A stretch of 64,000 bases of DNA from Candidatus Bathyarchaeia archaeon. Its GTDB lineage: Archaea; Thermoproteota; Bathyarchaeia; Bathyarchaeales; Bathyarchaeaceae. Position numbers and translations under genes: made by a program. A model generated the notes under the pieces. It saw nothing but the letters and a program-made list of their open reading frames with translations. It searched no databases and was not told the DNA's origin. The stretch is taken from the NCBI GenBank assembly GCA_035283685.1, contig DATETJ010000011.1, positions 31,994 through 95,993 of the forward strand, written 5' to 3'. Positions 37,178-47,236 of this stretch are shown here, piece after piece; positions within the stretch are counted from its first letter, which is position 1, and each line of letters begins with the position of its first letter.

Positions 37178-37366
37178 GTGCTTACGGAGTATGAATGGAG
37201 CTTGGTTAGGCCTGATGAGCGGAGGAAGAAAGCTAGGATATCGATTGCCATTGACCGAGAGTTTCTGGTATGGATTGATGGAATGATAAAGAAGGGAGTT
37301 TTTGCCAACCGCAGCCACGCCATACACCGAGCCCTACTTAAACTCAAAGAGGAGGGCACAAAGTAG
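37178..37366 (+). CDS. Ribbon-helix-helix (CopG-family) protein
   Basis: ISIAIDREFLVWIDGMIKKGVFANRSHAIHRALLKL is a typical RHH pattern. It ends 1 nt before the next gene. Confidence 0.6.
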   Translation: MLTEYEWSLVRPDERRKKARISIAIDREFLVWIDGMIKKGVFANRSHAIHRALLKLKEEGTK

Positions 37367-37367
37367 A

Positions 37368-38090
37368 ATGTCAGTCGCCATCATGCTCCCAACATACAAC
37401 GAAGCAGAAAACATAGAAACCCTTGTTCGAGAAATTGAAGGTTTGAAGCTCGATTTGACACTTCTCGTTATTGACGATTCGAGCAACGATGGAACTGCGA
37501 ACATAGCTAGGAAGCTTCAGGAAGAGTTCGGGAATATTAGTCTGATTTCCAGACCTGAAAAACTAGGTCTCGGAACAGCTATAACAGCTGGGTTCCATCA
37601 TATTCTGAGCCAGAACGAGCCGCCTAGCCACATTATTGCCATGGACGCTGACTACTCTCATAACCCGCGGGATATTCCTAGGCTCGTCGCTGCAGCTAAG
37701 AGAGGCTACGACCTTGTCATTGGCAGCAGGTATGTCGACGGGGGAAAGGTAGTTGGATCGCGTTCAACCCGAAGAATAATCAGTAGACTCGCTAACCTAA
37801 TTGCTACAGTAACTATAGGTGCGCGAATGTATGATTGCACGAGTGGTTTCAGATGCTATTCATTGAACTATGTGAAGGACGTCATGCACAATCTGCACAG
37901 TCAGACTTACGAGATTCAGATAGAGACCCTTAGACAAGCTAAGATGAATAGGTTCATGGTTAAGGAAATCCCGATAACCTTTGTTGACCGAAAGAAAGGT
38001 AAATCCAAATTGACCACCAATGAAATCCAAGGATTCTTGACCTACATCACAAAAAGTGTACTGGGCAGATTAGCATCGCTGATGAGGTGA
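37368..38090 (+). CDS. Dolichyl/polyprenyl-phosphate mannosyl(glycosyl)transferase, GT2 (Dpm1-like)
   Basis: IMLPTYNEAENI, LVIDDSSNDGT, AMDADYSHNP and GSRY. I prefer the ATG at 37368, preceded by GGAGGG at 37351-37356, over the longer ORF from 37302. Confidence 0.8.
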   Translation: MSVAIMLPTYNEAENIETLVREIEGLKLDLTLLVIDDSSNDGTANIARKLQEEFGNISLISRPEKLGLGTAITAGFHHILSQNEPPSHIIAMDADYSHNPRDIPRLVAAAKRGYDLVIGSRYVDGGKVVGSRSTRRIISRLANLIATVTIGARMYDCTSGFRCYSLNYVKDVMHNLHSQTYEIQIETLRQAKMNRFMVKEIPITFVDRKKGKSKLTTNEIQGFLTYITKSVLGRLASLMR

Positions 38091-38229
38091 GACACCGCTT
38101 TCGCCGATTCAAGAACAAGCGACAACCTGACTTTCACGCAACCTTCTTTAGAATGTGATTTCGCAGAATGGTTATATCATAGTAGAGCCATCTGGCAAGA
38201 ACGTGTAGAATAATGAGCCTTGTTCTGTA

Positions 38230-41200
38230 GTGGGCGTTCCAATGAAAATTCCTCGTAAATTCCTGTTCGACATCCTCCTCATAGTGACTTACATTGTCTT
38301 GTTTAGTTTGCCCTTGAACATCTTTGGGGGTTTTTTTGGTTATTATAGCAACTTTCCCAAAGGAGACGACGCTCAAACACATGCTGCTTTAACGCTTTTC
38401 GTTTCCAAGAACTGGCCGCAGATCAACTGGTACCCATACTGGTATTCAGGGGTGCCAATATTTCTGAGTTATCACCCGCTCGTCTACTTTTTCTGGGGTA
38501 TCTTTACAGAAGCAACAACTCTCCCGGTAACTTCGACACTTTTCCTCTTCACTGCACTGTCCTACAGCCTGACCGCAATCGCTTTGTACGTACTAGTTCA
38601 CAAGATCACGTCAAATCGTTATTCGGCGTTCTTGAGCCCAATCTTGTTGACGACTTCTGGAGGATTCATTAGCCCGCTGCTCGCAGGAGGAATCTACACT
38701 AGACTATTTGCTACCATGTTTTGGATGTTCTCGTTGCTTTCTCTGTTCTGTTTAATGAAGAACCCAAGCGAAAAAAAGTTTTTCATAATCACGGTTTTAC
38801 TTCTGGCAGCGACAATCACTTCAAATCTTCTCATTGGACTGTTTTCCGTGTTGACTGCGGTGCTTGTTATTATTTATTGTTCCCACACGATCAAGGGGGG
38901 AATTGCGTTAATGCTGAAAATCTTCATTCCTGTCCTGATGCTTTCAGCTTTCTTTTATTTACCCTTCTTTGCCTTTTCTTTCAATAGGTTTTTCTCATTC
39001 TCCGTGGGCGGAGGGCACTATTCGATTCCTCAGCCGCTAATTTATCTAGGGGCAGGAGCTACTGTTCCCCTCCTATTGCTCTTTATTGCAGCCTTGTTAC
39101 GCAGACACATGAGAATTGAGTACGACTTTCTCACCAAGCGTTTTTCGAGAGTACTCATTGCGCTGATGGTATTCCTCTTCTTCTACGGATTTACAGTGTT
39201 GCCTCCGAACATAAGATTCGCTGCAACTTATGATAGCACATACTTCCTGTCTATTTACATCTCAATCTATTGTGGGATTGTTTTCGGAGGAATTTTCAAC
39301 GAAATCGCGAAGGGATCCACGATCTTAGAAACCTTTGAAAAACGATCTAAATCAAGACTCCTAAAGATAAGATCGCTGGGAAGACATCGACTCCACCTTA
39401 TCATACTGTTTTTAGCTTTGATTCTCCCTCTTTCTTACTATCCCTTGTTAATGCAGACTGTGGTTGACCCTGGAGCTTCTTCATGGGATTATCCAGCGTT
39501 CATAGCGGATCAAATAGTCAAGATTAACCCTAGCGAGGATAATTTCCGATTCTCAACCGATTGGATTCACGTCATGCGGTGGTTCAACTATCGCTACGAT
39601 TTGCCCCAGACAGAAGGCGTTCAGTCGATGGCGGTTCTATATCCACAATGGAACAGGTGGTTTCAAGAAGCAGTTTTCACGAATCCCAACAACTGGATCG
39701 AAACAAACTTCCTCCTTGATTGGTATGGAGTCAGGTGGTTTCTTGCAAGCAGGGTGGTGCATTCCTCGGGTGGAGGCGATTTTTTCAAGCGCTACGGATT
39801 GACGGAGAAGTTTCTCAACAGACCAGAATATTACTCTGTCAGATCGTCTGTCGAAATTCCTTCAGAGAGTTATTGGAGTGGCCCAGCTTACTTCTTTGAA
39901 TACGAGGAAGCTACTCCCGTGTTGTCAGAGAGTAGCGCAATTACCGCGCTTGTGCTTGCAGGGAACGATCAGTATGATGAAGTTTTTCGTTCGCTTTCTC
40001 CATCCGGATATGACAGCCGTTACGTGATTCCTGTAAGAGGATCTGTCTACATTGATGATTATACCTCGGAGGATTTAATGAGATTCGATGTAGTCGTGCT
40101 TTCCAGTTTCACTTATCGTGAAGCGGACAAAGCTAGAACATTGCTCAAAGAATACGTGGAAGGTGGAGGCGGCCTCATTATCGAAACAGGAAACATTGAC
40201 ACGTATGTACTAGAGGGTTTAAACCCAGTAAACCAAACTAAAGAAATCTTCAGCCAAGACTGGAATTTCACATACGTTTCAACTTCTGTCTCCAATTGGG
40301 TTGATTTCAGTTATTTTGCGGCGCCAAGTGAATATTGGGTTGCGTCCAAGGACATTCAGCCTTGGGCTTCAACAATAGTCATGAACAGTGGCTATCCAAC
40401 GGTTGTTTTTGGGTCGTATAGTAAGGGACGAGTGATCTATGATGGCCTGAGAGTATCACATCACGCGTCGTTATCTGATAATCAGATGGAATCTTTCTTT
40501 TTCTCAAAACTGATCGAGCTAGCTGCCGCCGCAGGAGAAAAAGCCGTACAGAGACAAGTCGTAAGCTCAAAGTCTGTTGAGGGCTGGATAATATATCTAG
40601 GCGGTAGAGAAACGCGGGGAACGCTGAGCACTTCGGGCAACATCACTAGGGAAGGCCACAGCACGCTTGAACTTGGATACGGGTTCAACACCTCGGTGGC
40701 CGGCGGGGAGTATATTGAATACAGGTATGCTCCGCGTGAATCTTGGGATTGGACAGACATGAAGTTTTTGTCCCTCTGGGTTCACGGAGATAATTCAACG
40801 AATCAGCTCAAGATCGCCATTCTTTCCCCGGACTGGAGCAATAGTTTTCAGACAACGCTAATACTAAATTGGGTGGGCTGGAGGAAGATCATAGTTCCGT
40901 TGACCGCGTTTGGCATTGCAGGCAAGTCTAAACTTACCAATGTTAATGAAGTCTCCTTTGTTATTGAAGAGACTAGGGCATATAACCAAACATGGAGCCG
41001 CATAAATCTCGACGATATTAGCATCGTTCAACTCAAGGGAATTGAAAACAATGCAGACCTACACTTCACGAACCCCAACCCTGAGCTTCTCAAACTCACA
41101 GTAAATCGCGGTTCAGGAGTGCTTTTCAAGGAATCATTCTTCCAGAACTGGGTTGCGCAATTGACAGATAGGAATGGTGTAACCCGCAACTTGGTCATAT

Positions 41201-41409
41201 ACAGAGCTGGGCCAGATTTCATGTACGTATCTGTACCGGATGGCACAGAATTTCCAGCTGAGCTGGTCTTTGAGTACAGGGTTGGCTTAATCGAGAAAGC
41301 AAGTTATGTGGCTTCGTTTTTCACACTTGTAGCATTGATTATCTATGGACTTTCGGGGCGATTGCACAGACTGTCAGATTTTGTCCGGAAATTCCCGAAA
41401 AGATTATGA
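38230..41409 (+). CDS. Large polytopic membrane protein, GT-C-like N-terminal half (about 14 TM) plus about 600-aa extracytoplasmic domain and C-terminal TM anchor
   Basis: 1059-aa ORF. The first loop carries an acidic motif FPKGDDAQTHAAL, as in GT-C/YfhO-type enzymes. No canonical AglB WWDYG motif is present (only SSWDYPAF). The context is a glycosylation cluster. Confidence 0.45.
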   Translation: MGVPMKIPRKFLFDILLIVTYIVLFSLPLNIFGGFFGYYSNFPKGDDAQTHAALTLFVSKNWPQINWYPYWYSGVPIFLSYHPLVYFFWGIFTEATTLPVTSTLFLFTALSYSLTAIALYVLVHKITSNRYSAFLSPILLTTSGGFISPLLAGGIYTRLFATMFWMFSLLSLFCLMKNPSEKKFFIITVLLLAATITSNLLIGLFSVLTAVLVIIYCSHTIKGGIALMLKIFIPVLMLSAFFYLPFFAFSFNRFFSFSVGGGHYSIPQPLIYLGAGATVPLLLLFIAALLRRHMRIEYDFLTKRFSRVLIALMVFLFFYGFTVLPPNIRFAATYDSTYFLSIYISIYCGIVFGGIFNEIAKGSTILETFEKRSKSRLLKIRSLGRHRLHLIILFLALILPLSYYPLLMQTVVDPGASSWDYPAFIADQIVKINPSEDNFRFSTDWIHVMRWFNYRYDLPQTEGVQSMAVLYPQWNRWFQEAVFTNPNNWIETNFLLDWYGVRWFLASRVVHSSGGGDFFKRYGLTEKFLNRPEYYSVRSSVEIPSESYWSGPAYFFEYEEATPVLSESSAITALVLAGNDQYDEVFRSLSPSGYDSRYVIPVRGSVYIDDYTSEDLMRFDVVVLSSFTYREADKARTLLKEYVEGGGGLIIETGNIDTYVLEGLNPVNQTKEIFSQDWNFTYVSTSVSNWVDFSYFAAPSEYWVASKDIQPWASTIVMNSGYPTVVFGSYSKGRVIYDGLRVSHHASLSDNQMESFFFSKLIELAAAAGEKAVQRQVVSSKSVEGWIIYLGGRETRGTLSTSGNITREGHSTLELGYGFNTSVAGGEYIEYRYAPRESWDWTDMKFLSLWVHGDNSTNQLKIAILSPDWSNSFQTTLILNWVGWRKIIVPLTAFGIAGKSKLTNVNEVSFVIEETRAYNQTWSRINLDDISIVQLKGIENNADLHFTNPNPELLKLTVNRGSGVLFKESFFQNWVAQLTDRNGVTRNLVIYRAGPDFMYVSVPDGTEFPAELVFEYRVGLIEKASYVASFFTLVALIIYGLSGRLHRLSDFVRKFPKRL

Positions 41410-42272
41410 GTTTCGCAAGAAAAATGACAATGACTATAAAAGCAGAAGCGAAATGTAGAATCAAGAACTGCTCTGTGGAAAATGGAGAACCAACAGTGAA
41501 AAACAAAGACGGCTACTTGATTTCGGTCATAATTCCAACGTTGAATGAGGAACGGTTCATAGGCAATCTCTTCAAATCGCTGGAAAGACAAACGTACAAG
41601 AGCTTCGAAATAATAGTAGTCGACGGTGGCAGCAGTGACAGAACCCTTAAGATCGCAAAAGAATACAACGTCAAGACGATAGTTAAACCCAAAACTCCTG
41701 AATACGAATCCAGAAACATAGGTGCACGCACAGCTAAAGGACAGATACTGCTCTTCACAAGCGCCGATATAGTTTTTCCGAAAGGCACCTTGTCTGACAT
41801 TCTCGAGCAGTTCGCCCAAGACCGTGCTTTGAGCGCGATTTGTGGTTCTGGCATCATGTACGACGCCCCCACGTGGGCACGAATTGAGTATGATACTTAT
41901 TACGGACTGTTACATGTTTGGGCTAGAGTAACCAGAGATTTCCATGGTAGCACAAACTTAATGGCCGTGCGAAAAAAAGACTTTGATGAAATGCAGGGCT
42001 TCAAGAAGAGGTTCGACTCAGACGGCAACTTCCTAAATCAGCTTGGAAAAGAGAAAAAAGTAAGGCTTACTTCGACCAAAATCATGGTCTCTGGACGAAG
42101 AGCTACTAGAATGGGATTCTTCGAGTTCAACAATCATTTTCTGCACTTGATCGACATTTTCCTTCCATTCCTGAGAGAAACCAAGCTAATGAACTCCCTC
42201 AAAAGCGCTGCGAAAGACAAAAGGCTAGAAGCACTTAACTCAGCACCACAGGACGAAAGCAAATCGCAATAA
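41406..42272 (+). CDS. GT2-family glycosyltransferase
   Basis: ISVIIPTLNEERFI and IIVVDGGSSDRT. The start overlaps the previous stop (ATGA). Confidence 0.8.
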   Translation: MSFARKMTMTIKAEAKCRIKNCSVENGEPTVKNKDGYLISVIIPTLNEERFIGNLFKSLERQTYKSFEIIVVDGGSSDRTLKIAKEYNVKTIVKPKTPEYESRNIGARTAKGQILLFTSADIVFPKGTLSDILEQFAQDRALSAICGSGIMYDAPTWARIEYDTYYGLLHVWARVTRDFHGSTNLMAVRKKDFDEMQGFKKRFDSDGNFLNQLGKEKKVRLTSTKIMVSGRRATRMGFFEFNNHFLHLIDIFLPFLRETKLMNSLKSAAKDKRLEALNSAPQDESKSQ

Positions 42273-42291
42273 TGAGGGTCGTGCTCGCGTA

Positions 42292-42987
42292 TTGAGTACT
42301 GCCTTGAAATCAGAAGTCATGCGAAGGGTGTCTTCAGCTTCCCAGTTGAAGCCGTACAGAGGAATAGGCGAGTTATGGCGCATGGCGAGCCAGTACACGG
42401 TTCTGAGAAAGTGGGAACGGAAATATCGTTTCAGATCTGCATGCGAGGTGCCTTATCAAAATTATGTCTGGGGTGTTGACGGAATCGCTTTAGACTGCCA
42501 TCATAGATCCTATAGAAAGTTCAGTGACATGCCATCAAAATTCGACCTTGTCTGGAACTTTTGTGTCATTCAACAAAGCCCCGAAATAATATACCGGATG
42601 ATCCGAAATTCAAACAGGTATGTAGCCTCCTTTGTTCCCAATTCACTGAACATTGGGCGAACGTTACATGGTCTTTATCACTTCGTTCACAGGACCGAGT
42701 GCACACACCCAGACAGAGGCGACAGGAGCTTGATGACTCTTGAGGGCCTAAAACAGCTTTTTAAGCAAGCAGGGGTTAAGATTTTGGAAGCAGGATATTG
42801 TGACATGCCACCTCAACCCGACTGGGTCATATCCCTCAAGAACTTTTTCCAGCCCGCAGACTTGGAAACCACGTATCAACCATCAACAACTATGCAAATC
42901 CTTGAAAGAGTCTTTTGGTTTGACCAAGCTAATCCTTTGCCAAGAAAAATATGGGCCCATCACCCCTACGTTTTCGGAGGCATCTAG
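42292..42987 (+). CDS. Hypothetical protein, degenerate methyltransferase-like fold (tentative)
   Basis: FDLVWNFCVIQQSPE..RYVASFVPN resembles post-II/III motifs of class I MTases. No clear GxGxG motif. Confidence 0.3.
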   Translation: MSTALKSEVMRRVSSASQLKPYRGIGELWRMASQYTVLRKWERKYRFRSACEVPYQNYVWGVDGIALDCHHRSYRKFSDMPSKFDLVWNFCVIQQSPEIIYRMIRNSNRYVASFVPNSLNIGRTLHGLYHFVHRTECTHPDRGDRSLMTLEGLKQLFKQAGVKILEAGYCDMPPQPDWVISLKNFFQPADLETTYQPSTTMQILERVFWFDQANPLPRKIWAHHPYVFGGI

Positions 42988-42989
42988 AA

Positions 42990-43844
42990 ATGCATAAAGT
43001 AGCGATGATCAAAGCGAAAGGAAACAGAAGAGAAGCCATAGTCCAAGCGGTTGATTTGCTAGGCGGAATGGAACGCTTCATAGAAAAGGGAGAAACTGTG
43101 GCGATCAAGCCTAACTTATGCAACAGCAAGTACAAATATCCCGTAACATCCTCCGTGGAAGCTGCTTTGGCTATTCTGGATCTTGTTAGGCCATTAACAT
43201 CTGAAATTTTGATAATCGAATCGCCGAATGCCTCAATGAACCCCGAGCTAAAATACACTGCCTTAGGATATGATCAACTAGAAGGAATCAAACTCATCAA
43301 TCTACATAAGAACCTGCTTGTTAAAGGAAAGGATTTTGACAAGTTAATCAACTTGTGCAATCTGAAAACAAGCGAAGTCGCTACGATAACCTGCGGGCTC
43401 AAGAACATCTTCGGATGCTACCCTCAAAGAACCAAAGCAAAGATGCATCCGCAAATAGCCCAAGCAATTGTCGATATAAACCAACGATATCCTTCCGACC
43501 TCATAGTTATTGACGCACTGACTGCTATGGAGGGTCAAGGACCCTTGTTCGGCACGCCAGTAGAAATGGGCTTGATAATCGCTGGCGACAATGTTGTTGC
43601 AACTGATTTTGTGGCTTGTAAGACAATGGAAATAGAACCATCTGAAGTAGAGCATCTGATGCTCGCGATGAAGTGCGGTTTAGGCGACATCAACAACCTA
43701 GAGCTCATTGGTGAAAGCATCGAATCTGTGAAGAGGAAATTCAAGAAGGCAGATCCGGAACCACTTGTCCGCCGACTGAAGCATTTCATCTCTGGCTATG
43801 AAACGCCTTCGAAAATCCTTGCCAAAGTTAGACAGGTTTCCTGA
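42990..43844 (+). CDS. DUF362 domain protein
   Basis: ETVAIKPNLC and VIDALTAMEGQGP. I prefer ATG 42990 over the overlapping longer ORF from 42951. Confidence 0.7.
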   Translation: MHKVAMIKAKGNRREAIVQAVDLLGGMERFIEKGETVAIKPNLCNSKYKYPVTSSVEAALAILDLVRPLTSEILIIESPNASMNPELKYTALGYDQLEGIKLINLHKNLLVKGKDFDKLINLCNLKTSEVATITCGLKNIFGCYPQRTKAKMHPQIAQAIVDINQRYPSDLIVIDALTAMEGQGPLFGTPVEMGLIIAGDNVVATDFVACKTMEIEPSEVEHLMLAMKCGLGDINNLELIGESIESVKRKFKKADPEPLVRRLKHFISGYETPSKILAKVRQVS

Positions 43845-43879
43845 ACATAGCGCGGAATCGGTGGCCTCGCTTTCCGAAA

Positions 43880-45028
43880 TCAGTAAAGAATCATGTTCTT
43901 GATGACCTTTAGCGCAGAGGTGAAATTGCACAATATATTCGTGTAGTGAGCATTCGCCAGAGGACACGCGCAGTTTTTTCCTCTAATGTAGTTTCTAATG
44001 TCTTGTGCCCTTTGGGAGAACCAGACTTGGCGAAAGTCGTAGTTATTTTCGCGTAGATTTCCCATTGAGTGATCATACGCTAGGATACAGCACGGCCATA
44101 CGTCCCCAAAAACCGAGATTTGGCACGAGGCGTAACCAGCGTAGCAAGAGACCACTTGTCGGCGTTTTTTCAACACTTCCGCGGCGAGTTCGTAATACGC
44201 AAGGCGGAAAGCTCTGGTTGTCCGCGAAACCGAGTCATTAAAGGAACCTCGATCATGCTTCATTTTCTGACTAAGCTCGTGAACAAATGCAGCATATTCC
44301 GCTGAGCTTGGCGTAATGTTCTCGCTCTTGTTAAGGAGTTCCGATCTATTCTCTGCAACCTCCGTTATGTAAGAATCGCAGCCAAGGCTTCTTGCGTACT
44401 CATAGACGTCGAAAAGCCTGCTTATGCTATGCTTGGACACTACACTATGAATTCCGACGTGCAAGTTGGGAAATTCTGATTTCAACTGCCTTAGGCGACC
44501 ATAAGTGTCGCTAAACTTGTCGAAGTTGCCTGGGACTTCGCGAATTCTGTCGTGTTCCTCTTTCAACCCGTCTAGTGACAGGTTCACGATTAGGGAAGGA
44601 AAGTCGCATCTTTCGAGTATCCTTTTGGTCTTGTCTTCGATCACTTCAGGGAGCAAGGAGTTGGTTGGAATGTTGACTATGCTGGGTTCACAGTGTTCGC
44701 TGAGGGATTCACATATTTGCGGAAGATCCGGCCTAAGATAGGGTTCTCCGCCGCTTAAAGTTGCCCAAAAAACCGAATTTCCAAGAGAAGAGAAGACTTT
44801 GTCAAACTCGCTGGTTTTGAGTTCTTTCTCCTTGAGCTGAGGCTGATCGTGGTAGAGCCTCCAGATAAGACACGTTTTGCAGTGGCTGTTGCAGAGATTC
44901 GTGACGCTAAACGTAACGTTTACGGGCAACGTGCGGGGTTTACCAAATCCATGATGTGAACGGTAACCGACAACTGCAGGAAACAGAGAAAGCCTCGACT
45001 TCAAACTTTTTCCACGCTTTCCGCACAC
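43880..45028 (-). CDS. Radical SAM enzyme with SPASM-like C-terminal Cys cluster
   Basis: CNSHCKTC (CxxxCxxC), GGEPYLRPD, and C-terminal CYAGYASCQISVFGDVWPCC...CACPLANAH. Confidence 0.8.
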   Translation of the reverse strand: MCGKRGKSLKSRLSLFPAVVGYRSHHGFGKPRTLPVNVTFSVTNLCNSHCKTCLIWRLYHDQPQLKEKELKTSEFDKVFSSLGNSVFWATLSGGEPYLRPDLPQICESLSEHCEPSIVNIPTNSLLPEVIEDKTKRILERCDFPSLIVNLSLDGLKEEHDRIREVPGNFDKFSDTYGRLRQLKSEFPNLHVGIHSVVSKHSISRLFDVYEYARSLGCDSYITEVAENRSELLNKSENITPSSAEYAAFVHELSQKMKHDRGSFNDSVSRTTRAFRLAYYELAAEVLKKRRQVVSCYAGYASCQISVFGDVWPCCILAYDHSMGNLRENNYDFRQVWFSQRAQDIRNYIRGKNCACPLANAHYTNILCNFTSALKVIKNMILY

Positions 45029-45942
45029 ACAGTTTTCGTGCTCTTAAGGGTTTCCCAAACAAAAGGAATCTTCCCGCGGCTGACATCGTAACGGGCGAGC
45101 AAGTAAGAAAGAATCTCTATGCCAGTGAACAACACAAGCACATGGAGATTCCTAAAGCTGAACCTAAAACTCTTAACCAGTGTTGACAGAATCTTACGAA
45201 AATCTGAAGTTGAAACAGTGAAGCCTTCCATTTTCTTGATATGCAAGTGGCCCGCCCATATTCTCCTGCGGTGCTTGATTATTTCAATGAATTTGTCAGG
45301 GCATCGAATATACACGACTGCATCCGGAACGTAGCCAATCTTGTATCCTTGGCGTCGAATGAGCATCTCAATGTAAGGTTCATCTGTGGCAAGATTTGCC
45401 GGAATTCTGTTCACCAAGGATGATCGTATAGCGCAGAGTTCGCCCGACATCTTGACAGATTCGCACGTTGAAATCATGTGATGCAGGTCCCATATGAGTT
45501 TCACAATCTTTCCACTAAGTCCAACCGATTTGCCAAAGGGTATTGGTCTTCCAGTTACAGCCCCAACATTAGATGTGTAAAGTGCTTTCACCAGTCTATT
45601 TATACTGCCAGCATCAGGAATTGCATCTGCATTTGTGAGGATCAGCGCCTCTGACCCGGAAGCACGCTCAAAGATGAGGTTTAGAGCCTGGGCCTTTCCC
45701 CCTCTTTCTATCTGGGTGATTACTTTCACACGCTGGTCTGCTTCTTGAAACTTGCCAACGATATGAGGTGTAGAATCGGTGCAACCTGAACAAGCGACGA
45801 TGATTTCGCAGTTTGGTAGAAGATCCTGTTGTGCCAGCAAATTCTTGAGAAGGAGGCCTATGTTTTTCTCCTCGTTATATGCGCAAACTCCTATGCAAAC
45901 CTTTCTCTGAGGAGCCACTCTTCTCTTAAGCGTGGTCAACAA
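45001..45942 (-). CDS. GT2-family glycosyltransferase
   Basis: CIGVCAYNEEKNIGLLLKNL plus a DA(D)-type acidic motif (LTNADAIPD). Confidence 0.75.
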   Translation of the reverse strand: MLTTLKRRVAPQRKVCIGVCAYNEEKNIGLLLKNLLAQQDLLPNCEIIVACSGCTDSTPHIVGKFQEADQRVKVITQIERGGKAQALNLIFERASGSEALILTNADAIPDAGSINRLVKALYTSNVGAVTGRPIPFGKSVGLSGKIVKLIWDLHHMISTCESVKMSGELCAIRSSLVNRIPANLATDEPYIEMLIRRQGYKIGYVPDAVVYIRCPDKFIEIIKHRRRIWAGHLHIKKMEGFTVSTSDFRKILSTLVKSFRFSFRNLHVLVLFTGIEILSYLLARYDVSRGKIPFVWETLKSTKTVCAESVEKV

Positions 45943-46191
45943 TTAGCTGTTACCTCAAGTTTTTTGAATGCTCTCCTCGTTGACACAGATCACCATGACG
46001 ACACATGAATCAACCTTCGGCGATAATAAGAATTACGTAACGTTCTTCCCCAATAATGACGGCACAAATCGCCTATTGCTATGCTGCCGTGCGCACCTCC
46101 AAGGGCATATAATATCGTAAAGGAAGCGCTGCAGACCTTGTAGAAAAGCAAAAGAAGGCTGGAACCTTACGACTAGTATAGGCGACAAGCT

Positions 46192-47235
46192 TTGAAAAAG
46201 GCCCTAATTACAGGGATAACCGGGCAAGATGGTTCATATCTTGCCGAGCTTCTGCTTTCCAAGGGTTACGAAGTGCATGGAATCATCAGAAGAGCTAGTA
46301 CCTTCAATACGTCAAGGATAGAGCACATCTATACAGATCCCCACGATTTGCAGGCACGGCTTTTCCTCCATTACGGTGACCTTTCCGACTCAGAGCAAAT
46401 CTCGAATATAATCTATAACACAAAGCCGGACGAAGTTTACCATCTTGGGGCGCAGAGTCATGTTCGAGTAAGTTTTGATATACCAGAATACACGGGAAAT
46501 GTCACAGCTGTGGGCACTACTAGGATCTTGGAGGCAATAAAAAGAAGCGGAAATAGCATCAAACTATACCAAGCATCAAGCAGCGAAATGTTTGGCGACT
46601 CTCCACCCCCTCAGAACGAAGAAACGCCCTTCAAACCGAGGAGTCCCTATGCAATTGCTAAGCTGTATGCTTACTGGATGACAGCGAATTATAGAGAAGG
46701 TCACAAACTGTTTGCATGCAATGGAGTCCTGTTTAACCATGAGTCACCCAGAAGGGGCGAGACTTTCGTCACCAGAAAGATAACAAGAGCGATAGCAAAC
46801 ATTCTGGCACGGAGGCAGAAAATTCTCTACTTGGGCAATTTAGAGGCGAAACGCGATTGGGGATACGCACCAGAGTATGTTGAGACAATGTGGAAGATTC
46901 TTCAGCTTGATAAGCCTCAGGATTTCGTGGTAGGAACAGGCGAGGCACATTCTGTGAGAGAGTTCGCTGAAAAAGCCTTCGCATACGCGGGTCTTGACTA
47001 TGAAAAACACGTGGAAATCGATCCAAGATATTTCAGGCCTACAGAAACTGAGGAGTTGCTAGCCGACCCTAAGAAGGCCCGAGAGAAGCTAGATTGGAAA
47101 CCAAAGATCAAGTTTGACAACTTGACGAAGATAATGGTCGACGCTGACATGCGAAAGGTTGGCTTGGAGCCTCATGGAGAAGGAGACAGAGTTCTCGAAA
47201 GAATCTTTTCAAACAGATGGTGGAAGGTAGATTAG
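46192..47235 (+). CDS. gmd: GDP-mannose 4,6-dehydratase
   Basis: [43 protein letters not shown] and NHESPRRG. Confidence 0.9.
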   Translation: MKKALITGITGQDGSYLAELLLSKGYEVHGIIRRASTFNTSRIEHIYTDPHDLQARLFLHYGDLSDSEQISNIIYNTKPDEVYHLGAQSHVRVSFDIPEYTGNVTAVGTTRILEAIKRSGNSIKLYQASSSEMFGDSPPPQNEETPFKPRSPYAIAKLYAYWMTANYREGHKLFACNGVLFNHESPRRGETFVTRKITRAIANILARRQKILYLGNLEAKRDWGYAPEYVETMWKILQLDKPQDFVVGTGEAHSVREFAEKAFAYAGLDYEKHVEIDPRYFRPTETEELLADPKKAREKLDWKPKIKFDNLTKIMVDADMRKVGLEPHGEGDRVLERIFSNRWWKVD

Positions 47236-47236
47236 A

